A DNA stretch of 64,000 bases, taken from Oikopleura dioica (Eukaryota > Animalia > Chordata). The notes under the pieces were generated by a model. The model saw only the letters and a list, made by a program, of their open reading frames with translations, was not told the origin of the DNA and did not search any database. Below, piece after piece: positions 53,383-64,000 of this stretch; within the stretch, counting starts at the first letter, position 1, and each line of letters starts with the position of its first letter. The DNA lies in NCBI GenBank assembly GCA_907165135.1, contig OU015568.1, positions 868,001 through 932,000 of the forward strand. Direction: 5' to 3'. The translations under genes were made by a program, and so were the position numbers.

Positions 53383-54779
53383 ATGATTTTCTTTTCCCTC
53401 CTTTTTTCCTTTTCTTCTGCTTTATGGCCCCCAGAGAGTTGGCAAGAACCACGTGTAATCAGAATAACTAGCTGGTACTTCAACAACTCAGTAGAATGGT
53501 CAGAGGACTATCGAAACTGGTCTCTTCCCCAAACGCTTGAGCTTGAAGAAGAGTTGACAGCTCAAATAGAGTGGAAAATTGGCGGACCAGGGATCGACAT
53601 TGACATTCTTTGGTTCGACGAAGGGTTGACAGAGAATTCGATGGTTGGAACAGCTGCTTATTTCTCGCGATTCGAGCTAACCGAAGAAAATTTTCATAAA
53701 TATGAGGAAGATTTGATGGCTCAAATGGAAGGTTCTTCCGATAAAACTACTTGCTTGTTAATTATTTTCTTTAGAAAATCCCGAAAGCTTCCCAGAGCAC
53801 GAAGACTCCAATGAAATCGAAACAGAAATCGCAACTTTACTGAATCCAATGTGGTTTGAAGGCGAAATCTACTTTATTGGAAATATAAGTTGCGATATCA
53901 TTGATCTTCAAATTGATGTGAACAAGATTTTATGTCAATATCTCTGGTAAAAAGCCCTTTTGATCAATTTTGACTCGTTTTTCAAGGTCCGAGAAAAATG
54001 AAGGTTGTTCAACATCAAATTTCGAACGAAGCGATGATTACCCAGAAAACCATTTTTTCTTTCAAGGCGAAGTCAAAGATCTTTTTCAGTATATGGTTTC
54101 GTAAAAAACTTTTTCACAAAAATTTCAGTCGCAAGCAATCGAGAATCGCGGTTCCTAATTTTGATGAATCATTTGTTGGTGGAGTTTACCCGTTCGACCT
54201 CGCTTCTTACTTTTGGAACCGACAAGAGTTCATGAATTTAACATTTAATTGCATTACGACTGAGAATTACCCGGTTCTTTACAAACTTGAAGGTCGATAT
54301 TCGTTTCAATGACGATTAAAATCGCATTATTTCAGCCGATTATGATACAGTCACGATGTACGAGTATATATATTTCTTGATTGGAGCCGGAGTTTTTCTG
54401 ATTGCCATTTCTTGGGCTTCTTTTGGCTGCTGGTTTATCATTTCGACAGTGTAACCGTAATCAGATCATTTTAGCTTCTCGCAAAGATGCGTTCGAATTT
54501 CCTCCTTGATTCCAATTCTCCTCATAGCCGCTTTGGCGACTCTGTCATTCCTTCTCTGGTTCAACTTCGACAACGAATTCCAAACCTTCTACATGTTTCC
54601 GACTAGCATCACACTCGCCGTCTTATTGCTTATTTATGCGCCTTGTGCTTGCTGCTGTCTCAGGTAAAAACATCTATACTCGTCAATTCATCAATATTTT
54701 ATCAAGTGGAAAACGAAGAAAAATCGTCATAAAAACGGCAAAATCGGAAAAAGAAAAAGTCGGCCTGTCAAAACTCTAA
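53383..54779 (+). CDS. Signal peptide + SEA-like domain + C-terminal 3-TM protein, copy 2 (tandem duplicate)
   Basis: Same motifs as copy 1 (SALWPP, KIGGPGIDIDILWF, WFNFDNEFQTFYMFPT). Confidence 0.65.
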
Positions 54780-56546
54780 AAGAAAATCGATTTTTCTTCT
54801 TGTTTCTGTGAATCATGTGACTTTGATTATGACCAGGAAATATATATTAGCGATTTATAAAAACGAAAGTTTATTTGCTTATTTTCTTCTTCCACTTTTT
54901 CATGGCTAAACCGACAGGGGCAAAAGACCGGACTTGTTTTTGAAGAACATCGGAAGATGATGAGTTTCTACTGAGTCTCTCGGTCACTCTAGAAGACTAT
55001 TTCAATTGGAGAAAAAAATTGTATGTTACCTTTGTTTGAAACGGCATTGATCATCCGAAGCTATAGTTGCTGTGTGATTTGATCGTATTCTGAAATTTGC
55101 GCATTATGACCCAGATTTTGGCATAAAAGAAAGCTATCTCCAAGAAAAAAAACATTATTCTGACACGAGTCTTCGCTTCCAACTTGGCTTACTGTCAGAA
55201 AATGAGCACTTAGTTGACGCAAAATTGAAAGCTATTAGAGCGGTAGTCATGGCCGGGACAGAACTTAACTGAATGTCTACTCGGGAATAATAAAAATCTT
55301 ACAGACAACCAGTCTTAGTCAATTATTAAAAAGCAACAAAAGTATGTCAAACCCTTAATAAAAGCTCTTCACAAGCACGAACCCTAACTCAAAATCGTTT
55401 TTTGACCCGTAGAATCCATTTCTGTGGTCAAAATTATAAAATTCCGAAATTCGATTTTTCGGAATAAGCTGACGGAGGGGAGTCTTTAAAGTCTTGCACT
55501 AGCCAAAAAATTTCAGACAAAAATGATTGTTAAAATCAAAGTATTGACACAAATACTGACCTGTAGGTCTGATAATTCCATTTCGGCTTGCAATCTTTAC
55601 AAAAACAAAAGTCATGGCATTTCTTCCCTCCCATTTTATAGCTCCTTTGACTTCGCGTTTCTCATCTTGTCGATCCCTTCTCTTTTCTTTTTTATCTTCT
55701 TCGGCAAAAAATCAAATCAGTCTTGAGTCAGTTTTCTTATTTCGCCCGTCAAATTGGCTCCTGTCAATCTCGCGATGAAAAAATACGTCGATTCTATTCT
55801 TCGATTCTTGACGTCTCGGATTATATATCTTTTTCTTTTTTTAATATCGCTCTCGACGGGGATGAAAATTATCAATCCTTTATTCCGCGCTAGCTCCTGC
55901 GAGACAGGATAATATTGACAGGGCTAAAAGCGCCGCAGATTTCGAACCGCTGGCGATCGGCAGAGGATCAGAATAACAAAAAAGCAGGCCGAAGGATATA
56001 TTCAGTTATGCATAGCGCGTTACAGTAGTCTGTCACGTGGTTTGTTTGAGCCCGGAGAACAATGCATTATGGATTGTAGTGCGGACCGCACTGTGCGGTT
56101 CATTTTTGAACAGAGAACCCAAATAATAAATGTAAGAAAAAACGAACTTTTTTAAATTGGTTCGATCTCAGATTGACTAAACCGGGCTGGAAAGATAACA
56201 ACAAAAAATAAAGCGAACGCCCAGATGTTCTACTCAGGATATGTCTCCCGCCGAGCGAGTTGCTTTTCTAGCGCCCTCTTTTGGATACTTCCCGATGTAA
56301 AAGACGACGAAAATTTTTGAAATATCATTCTGAATCCTAAAATGAGACATATTTTTCTGGTTCATCATAATACCGCGTTTCAAGAGAAAAAATAAGTTAC
56401 TTCGAAAATTTTACTTCTAAAATGATTCAACTGCATATTGTACAGCGAAGTCTGGATGCATGTTAGTGATACTGTTATGAGAAAATAAACAACAAACATT
56501 TTCAAAAAAATAGGCTTTTCGCTTTTTTGTGAACTAATAGTTTTAT

Positions 56547-59500
56547 TTACAAATTTTCAATTTTCGACGCTTCTTCTTCCGATTCATCTTCTATTAGTGG
56601 CGGCGGAGGACTTTTCGGTCCATCCGTTCCATTTCTATCCTCCGGCATATCTTCCAAATCAATGGTCTCATGATTTCCAGAGTCGAGTAAGATCGACTCT
56701 TCATTCATATCTGGCAATTTTGAGATTCTCTTGTCCGCCTCGTAGATCGACAGATTTTTACGAATAACAACACTGTCTTTGTTCGGTAACTTCGGAGTTA
56801 GGGGGTCTTCTGGGTCTTGCTCGTCTTTCAAAAATGATGAAAAAGTGGATTTCCGGGAAGATATTTATTTTTTAAAATCAGACTCAAGGCATTGCAGCGC
56901 ATGTTTGGCTCAGAAAAAAATAAGAAAAACCTAAGATTGTGATTTATTGGACTTGGAGGACTTGTTCGACTTGTTTGACTTTGCTGACTTGGCGGAGGCG
57001 GCGCTAGAAGAGCTCGACGAACTTGAAGAGCTGGAAGAACTGGAGGTGGAGGACTTTCGCGAAGATTTCTTGGAGGGTTCTTTTGGCTCATCGATTAAGG
57101 GTATGTCGTCGGTAATGATGACTTCATCGGGTTTCTGTCAGAGGTTCAAGCACATTGGCTCAGAGACAATAGCGGAAAGAAACTTGCTATGGACCTATTC
57201 CTTTGGCTCCTGAGATTTTGTCATGTCTAGCTCGCTCCTTGCCGGTTTTTCAGGCGCTGATGGTGGCGGAACTTCAGATTCCATTTTCACAGCGGCAAAG
57301 GCATCCAAAGTTTGCTCTTCCGAGTCAACAGGGTCATAGTCTGTACAAAGTTCATCGACAAGTCCAATAAAAAACAATCATGAAAAATCATTAACGAGTA
57401 ACTACGGCCAAAAATTCTTCCATAGAAATGGTTTTCTATGGATTGCTCAAAAGCATGCTGAGCCGCTCGCTACTCTTGTTCATTTGAGAGCGCTGGCGAA
57501 TTACGACTGATTTTGGGGAGGCTGATTTTGGGGAATGGACTATTGGGGTTAGTTTTGAGGTTTCATCATTTCCTGAGGAGGAGTTTTTAGAGCGGCAGCA
57601 AAGACACCAGAAGAGCGAAATTATTCCTGCGAGAAAACCAATCACGAGAGCGGATAGCTTTAAGAATTATTAACCCGGGCGTGCTTTTTTACCAATTATT
57701 TGTCAAAAAGAGTTGCTTACTAAAACTATCGTTGTCGCGTCCCACCCCTTGACCTCCTCGTACAACTCGTCATAAGACCCTATTTCGCGGAATTGCCAAA
57801 AAATTTTCATACTTTTATATTTTGATAACGTGTTTTCGCGTTGTCGCTCAGTAAAGGAGAGAGAGGGCAGTCAGTTTTTAGACAGTGTCTATAAGCGAGG
57901 ATTGCGAGGAGTCGGTGACCTTTGGTCCTGATTGGTTGGGACTCGACCGGTTGAGCCAGACGAGCAGGGCGCCTCCGATGGCGGCAAAGAGGAAGAAAAG
58001 GAGATACCATGGGCCAGAGCTTCCTTCATCAAGAAGAGGTTCGGAAGTGGGCGATTCGGGCTTGGGGCACTTTTTGTAGTCACTCTCTTCGCAATCCGTG
58101 GGCACCATGTCGTACTCTTCAATCCGGGGCAACCAGACAAATTCGACTTAGATTTTTTAATTTACCGCGAAAAAGTTTTAAATTGGCAACTCCGTTCCTA
58201 TGCATTTGTCGTTTTCGTAAGTGTTCTCCAGTGGAACTCCTCCGCCAACAAGGACGATTCGGCAGGTAGCTCGCCTAATTATTGATTTCATTTGTGAAAG
58301 GATAAAAGACTCTACTTGTAGAAAGTCTCCATGGGACAGTTGACAGTGTCAGTAACTTCGATGCTCTGGACATCTGAGCACTCATCATCAGCGACATTTT
58401 TATCGCCGAAGACATCAGACTGGCAAGTGACCTCTCGGCCAATCACGTGCATATCCAACTTGCTTGTCTTCTTTTTGAGGGAAAATCCGGAGCCAGTGGG
58501 TTCCACGGCCTTGATGAATTCGGGGCCAGATCGCTGAGTTCCCTGTGAAACAAGGCTAGAAAATTGTTAATAAAAAGAATGAAGGTGTCGCTAACCAGGA
58601 TGCAGAGGCACCTCTGTAGTCTTCTGAAATCACAACTGGAAGTTTGAGACTGAAGGTTTCAGTTGGTTCAGCAGGGACGAGCTCTTCCGTACCATCGGCC
58701 TTGACAATTTTCCATTGAAGGAAAAGGGGAGGGAAAGTGGCCTTAGCAGCAGCGCAGGTAGCGATTTCTTCTTCGGCGCCGGCGCCGACAAAGCCGCATG
58801 TTGGTGACTAGAAAATATGAGAAGATTTTAACAGTTGTCTCTTACATTGTAAGTGGCGGTGATTTCAGGGAGCTCTTCCGGAGGATTGACGGCGAAGGTT
58901 TGTGGGTTGCTGTATCCGATGAGGGTTCCGCCTTCGAAGAACTTGCACCAAACTCCTGTTGATTTGTGCCACGACTCGACCTGAAAAAATATTGTCAGCT
59001 CTTGTTTACCGAGTCAATTTCAAAATTTACACCCCGAGTTCATTCAAGTCCGTGGTCAACTCAGTTATGTTTATTTACCTTGACTGTCTTGCTGATAGTA
59101 TCACCATCAGTGAGATCATTGACAGGGGCTCGGAATGTATTGTGCTCGTCAGACTCGGTTCTGGCTTCGATGGAGACTTCCATTTCTGATCGATCACCGT
59201 CGGGAATCGGGCCGCAGGAGATTTCAACTTCCCAGCCTTCGAGGACGGCTTTGGTGTTGGAAATGACGTCGTCCTTGTTTTTCGGTCGCATGAGCCTAGA
59301 ACGATGATAGTAGTTGCAGATAGAAAATAACTTACTTCGCGGTAGAGTAGTCAGTAGAAAAGGTGATATATTCGACGCTTCTATGAGCAGCAAACCAGTC
59401 ATCGTTCGGCATATCAATCGCGATTCCTTAAAAAAAATCCAGTAAAAATTATGGCTTTAGCTGATAAGAAAACTCGAAGAAGCATAAATCTTCGTTGATG

Positions 59501-60908
59501 AAATCATAAACGACTCATCGTGCGCCAAACACACATCAAACATGGGGTGCGCGCGGTTTCGGACGGCGCAAATATAAAAATGTGAGGCTCTTGAGCGCGA
59601 AATTTAAACAGGTCGCTTTTCCGCACAAATTTGCTTACCAGTCCATGGGTATTGCCAACCTACAGATAACATAAAAAAGTCCCTTATCGTTGAAAAATAG
59701 TTTTTCGGAATTCCAAAATTGACGACATAAAAAGGCCTTTTTTCGCAAACTTACCGGGTCCCTGAAAGCCAATCTTCTCCAGTTCCTCATCAGTAGCTTG
59801 CCTGTACGCTAAGTCATCAGAAACCTTGATTCCGTTATCACCAAGGACGCCATTGGATGTTTGCTGAGCAGCAATCATCGTGTTGACATCCAAATATCCG
59901 GCCTGAAGCTCGCCAAGATAGAAATTCGCCCGGTGCGCAAAGTCATCGCCCTGAAAAAAAAAGATATGTTATTCCTTAACTTAGCAAATATTGAACAAGG
60001 AGGGGTTAAAACAATACTTGAATCTTTGAGGATTCAAGCTGGTGCCTCACCGCAATAATAAAACAAATAAGCGGTGTGAATGATGGTTATTCTTACGATA
60101 ACTGTTGAAGGAAGTGAATCAGGGTCCTAATAAGCTCACCATCAAATAAATTACCAATAAACTTACGGAATAAGAAGTGACTGAAGCAGCGAAAGGATCG
60201 CTAAAGGTAACGACGTAGAAGTATCGGGAGTCCGACTCGTCGACATCGATGGAGACAGAAACGGAGGTGTCGGAAGGAAATTCGAAGTTGACCTTGTCGG
60301 AAAATTCAGAATCGAAGGGCTCGAATGCCTGCTCGGCCGGCCTGACATTTGCTTATTCCGCGTTCGAAATTTTAATGAGGCCCACTTTGCTTAGTAAGTT
60401 TTGACCGATAGACACAGTTCTAGCCGCAATAAAAATCATTAAAATGATGATGATGACCAGAAATCTGTTCAAAAAAGGGACTCATGCGTTGTAAAATTCA
60501 AGACAAACGCGCCTGAGGGCATGTCCCACATGGTCTAGGGGTTAGGATTTCGGATTTTCACTCCGACGGCCCGGGTTCGATTCCCGGTGTGGGAGGACCT
60601 TTTTTCTCAACGCGGTTCCTATGATATTGAAGGGAGAGTTAAAAGTGCCATCCTCGGACCAGACGAGGACGAGATTCTCTTGCTTCTTATCAAAAGAAGA
60701 AGTCGTGAATTGGATGGTTCCAGCGCCGCTGAAGCTTGAGGTCTTGGCGCCTGGGGTGTAGGTATCTGGGATTTTGTTGATGATTTGTCTTATAAAAGGG
60801 GTCAAAAATGAGAGAAAAATATTTGTATTGATTTTTTGATTTTCGCCCATTCCTAAAGTTTTCAGCTCTTTGCGCAATCGCCGCTGCAAAAAGCGCGAAA
60901 AGTTTCAT
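56547..60908 (-). CDS. Type I membrane protein with beta-sandwich/Ig-like ectodomain and long Pro/Ser/acidic tail; two alternative TM exons
   Basis: Signal MKLFALFAAAIA, beta-rich Cys/Trp exons (TCAAAKATFPPLFLQWKIV), and TM segments at about 57950-58020 and 57600-57657. Confidence 0.65.
60524..60595 (+). tRNA. tRNA-Glu(TTC)
   Basis: TCCCACATGGTCTAGGGGTTAGGATTTCGGATTTTCACTCCGACGGCCCGGGTTCGATTCCCGGTGTGGGAG folds as a cloverleaf, with an oligo-T run 5 nt downstream. Confidence 0.96.
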
Positions 60909-61324
60909 CTTTTTTTCTCTAGTTTCCGGCTTCCTCTACTCTTTTTCTATTTACAGATTCGTCGAAAAAATGGCAAAAGGGGCACACTGGTACTGTAAAA
61001 AGAGCAGTAGTGCTTTGTGTGCAGCCGGCAGCGCAAATTTTACCTAGCCAGTGTCGTGCTCGAGCAAATTTGGTAACCGCCGGAATCGGGTAATATTTAA
61101 CCTGGGCACGGAGAGAGCGAGAGTGGAATTGGCGGCGCGGGAACAATATTTGCCTTGCAAGCAAATGCAATCCACGCAAAGCTTTCTTCTTCTGCCGCTC
61201 ATTTTTCGCCCGGCAAGATTTTTTTTATCCCTTCACAAATGACAACTCCAACTCAAACAAAAAACCCTTGAAAGGATTGAATATTGCACTTTATTAAATA
61301 CTGTGTTATGAATATTTTCTATTA

Positions 61325-62790
61325 CTATAAGTTCCAAGACAGCTTCAGATCAAAAGTATTTTCGAGATCTTCTGAGCTCTTCTTATAAAACTCCCGGAGC
61401 ATTTTTTCTGTCTCCTCGGACATGGCAGTTTGACCAGCGGATAACTTTGTTCGCCCTTTACTATCGGGCATACAGTCTAATGATTCGGTGTGGTTGAAGA
61501 TTCTAGTGCAGTAGTATCCATCTTCTCGTTTTTCAAAGAGGTCTTCAGTAAAATAGGGTTCAAGATTGAGCTTTTTCTCGAGGTCTTGGAAGACTTTCCA
61601 GGGCTCAGTTTTCAACTAAAATGAAGGGTTTTAATCAAATCTCTGCAAAAAATCACCTTTCCGCCATCAAGAACGATTCCATTCTTGCTATCAATCAACG
61701 CATCGTCTCCCAAAAAGAACCTCTTTGGCGGCCCGAAGTGACCAGTAACGAACATTTCATTCACTTCCGGAGTCTTTTCAAACACTGATCTGTCCTTCAC
61801 TTTTGGCAAGTATTTGGCGACCATCTGGTCAAACGTCAGTTTTTGGAAAGGAAAAGCGCTAGAATCTGGTCCAAGGAATTTTCTGTTGATTGCATTTTCT
61901 TTCTCTGTCCAGACGGAGGTCACGTGCTTGAAATCAGAGAGAAGACGGTGGACTGGATCGCAGACGATGAAAATGTTCTTGACTTTGCTCTTCCAATCGG
62001 TGACGTAATCGGCTTCGATGAAATCAGGGTTTTCTTCGATGAAAGTGATAATTTTGTTGATTCCTGAATTTGCTGTTTTCGCCATGAAGAAGAAATCTTT
62101 GTTGGCAGCTCTGAGCTCTCTGATCTTTCGCGGGTTGTCGTAGTAAGGACCTTTGCTCTTCCACATGATCCACAGATGGCTGAGGTAGTTTTCCATATCT
62201 TTTTCTTGGTCACCTGTTGATCGGAAAGGGGCCTCCATGAATCCTGAAAAGAAAAATAAAACCGTTTTATGCCCTCCTTACTTACCTCTTATTATTTGAG
62301 GATGATGGCCAAAAAATCTTATGAGCGTTTTCGTCCCGCATTTTTTCGCGCCGCTGACAAAAATGGTCGGTAGCTGCTGCATAAGTTCGGTCAAGAGAGA
62401 ATTCGAATTCAGGTCTTTTTCTTTGAGCATTTGATACTTTTCATTTCTTTTCTCCATGACTTCATTTATGACTTCTTGTTTTTCTGCTTTTCTTTCAACT
62501 TTTTCTGTTCTTTGATCGGGCACTTTTTCTTCTGTGGAAAAACTGTAGGTTTTATCAGTACCTTCTTCTTTTTGCTGCCATAATTTTTCGACAACATTGT
62601 TGATTATTTCTTGTCCTTCGGTCTTGTCTTCGTTGTCTTCTTCTGTAGCAAATTTACTATAAACTTCATCACTTTGAGCTTCTATCCTCGTGTACCAGCC
62701 ATAAAACGCAAATAAGAATATAACAAAAAGGAAAAATAAAAGTCTTCTTAATAACTTCATCACTTTAATTTTCCTCTGTTCAGTTTTCAT
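61325..62790 (-). CDS. Heparan sulfate 3-O-sulfotransferase-like sulfotransferase, second copy
   Basis: Type II TM, GAKKCGTKTL, CDPVHRLLSDF and GYYC..CMPDSKGR. Confidence 0.85.
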
Positions 62791-63317
62791 TTTCACTATT
62801 TTTTCGGCGCAATCAATTTCTCGTGACATCATTTTATCTTCAATTTATCTTCTTTATCGTCGCAATTATAAGACAAAAACCTTGTTCGCCGTTTTGTCCC
62901 GTTTAAAAAAGGGAAATCTATTTATGCAATAATAAAGGGTCGATTCTCGGGCTGCTGCATTAACGCCGAGATTTTGAATGTCTGGATGGCGAGTTTCTTT
63001 TCTTTAGAGAAAGAAGCAGCTCCGCGTTGATTTATGTTCTCTTTTTTTACAAGTTTTGTATTCGAAAATTTATGAGTGCCATAAACGTAAATATCGGTTC
63101 GCTGCCAGCTAACGTGGTGGATCAGAGATGTTTCTTTTTCGCTCCAAAAAGTGAACTTGTGGTTTAAAATATTTATTGTATGATAAAATGGAAGATTAAG
63201 GGCATCTCAACAATAGCATTTTTTAACGACGTTTTATAAAGGAAAATTTTTAATAAGAAATTTACTTTGAAGTATTTTTTTCTTTAAAAGGGTCGATTTT
63301 TATTGAATTTTCGGGGA

Positions 63318-63433
63318 ACCCTCATTCTCCCAGAACCGTCATCTGCCCAGACCCTCATTCTCCCAGGACCTTCACCTGCCCAGCCTGGGAGAATGAAGGT
63401 TCTGGGCAGATGAAGGTCTGGGAGAATGAAGCT
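63318..63433. mobile_element. Palindromic foldback element: 4 direct + 3 inverted 16-17 bp units
   Basis: Alternating ACCCTCATTCTCCCAG / ACC(G/T)TCA(T/C)CTGCCCAG units, followed by their reverse complements. Confidence 0.75.
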
Positions 63434-64000
63434 TTCAATTGCGTGGGCGAATTGCGCTGAGCGTTGAATGACTGAGACAGGCCGCGTAGATTTTCGAGTC
63501 GAAAATATTTTTCAAGGTCAGAAACAACCGTTTTTACTTCGGATTATGACTTCGTCAAAATTTCATAAAATGCTACAAATTTGAAGTTTTTGGCTGTAAA
63601 TCTACGACAACAAATATGGGGAAAATTTATGGGCACTGGTCTTGGTTCTTATTCAAGTGTTGGTTCGTGTTTCGGTCAGTGTCCGATAATTTGAGCTCAA
63701 GCTAAACCTCAAGGAAACAAAGCTTGAGAACTCAAGTTTATAATTTGAATTTTGAGAACTCAAAAATCTCGAAACCCATATTTTTTTCGACAATCAAATT
63801 TTCTATACTAATAAATTGGACCCTTAGGAATCGATCGCCTGAGCAAGTCCAGCAGAATTCCTTCGGAAAACTGCGCCTCGCAGTCTTGAGTCTAGAAGAC
63901 CTGCTCGACAATTCATAATTCTCGTGAATTCATATTGAAAAGAACATTAGAATTATCATTTTATTCAGCTTTATTTTTAATTGACATGATTAAAAATTTT

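Noticed and set aside
55925-55975. B-box-like GGTTCGAAATC on the minus strand followed by TTTT
   Set aside because: No cloverleaf or A-box could be built.
58147-58197. Apparent GA-AG (or GC-AG) intron as a further member of the stem class
   Set aside because: No pairing in the terminal register (only an internal AATTTA/TAAATT hairpin), and the flanking protein is not conserved enough to fix the donor. Recorded as a counter-example.
60800-60872. Probable GC-AG first intron with an AAAG/CTTT end pairing
   Set aside because: Only 4-5 low-complexity pairs and the donor is uncertain, so it is not counted.

Overview
AT-rich, very gene-dense eukaryotic DNA with mostly 40-100 nt introns. It is most consistent with the larvacean tunicate Oikopleura dioica, inferred from intron size, frequent GA-AG introns and the expanded gene families present. 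About 28 protein genes are recognisable, including UPF2, THUMPD3, ACSL3/4, a SUN-domain protein, SLC13, a Cip/Kip CDK inhibitor, an S100-like protein and six glycan-modifying enzymes. The window also holds beta-propeller and SEA-like paralogue pairs, an EGF/ShKT mosaic protein, two tRNAs, one tRNA-like element and many MITE/foldback elements. Main observation: 11 non-GT introns and one weak-GT intron, reconstructed by hand in six genes, have A-rich acceptors and a short inverted repeat pairing the two intron ends in a nearly fixed register, symmetric about an AG present at both junctions. This suggests a structure-guided, probably transposon-derived intron class. Two transposon insertions sit inside coding exons, and one could be removed in frame by GT-AG splicing. 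All gene models were built by eye, and family calls are from recalled motifs, not database searches.
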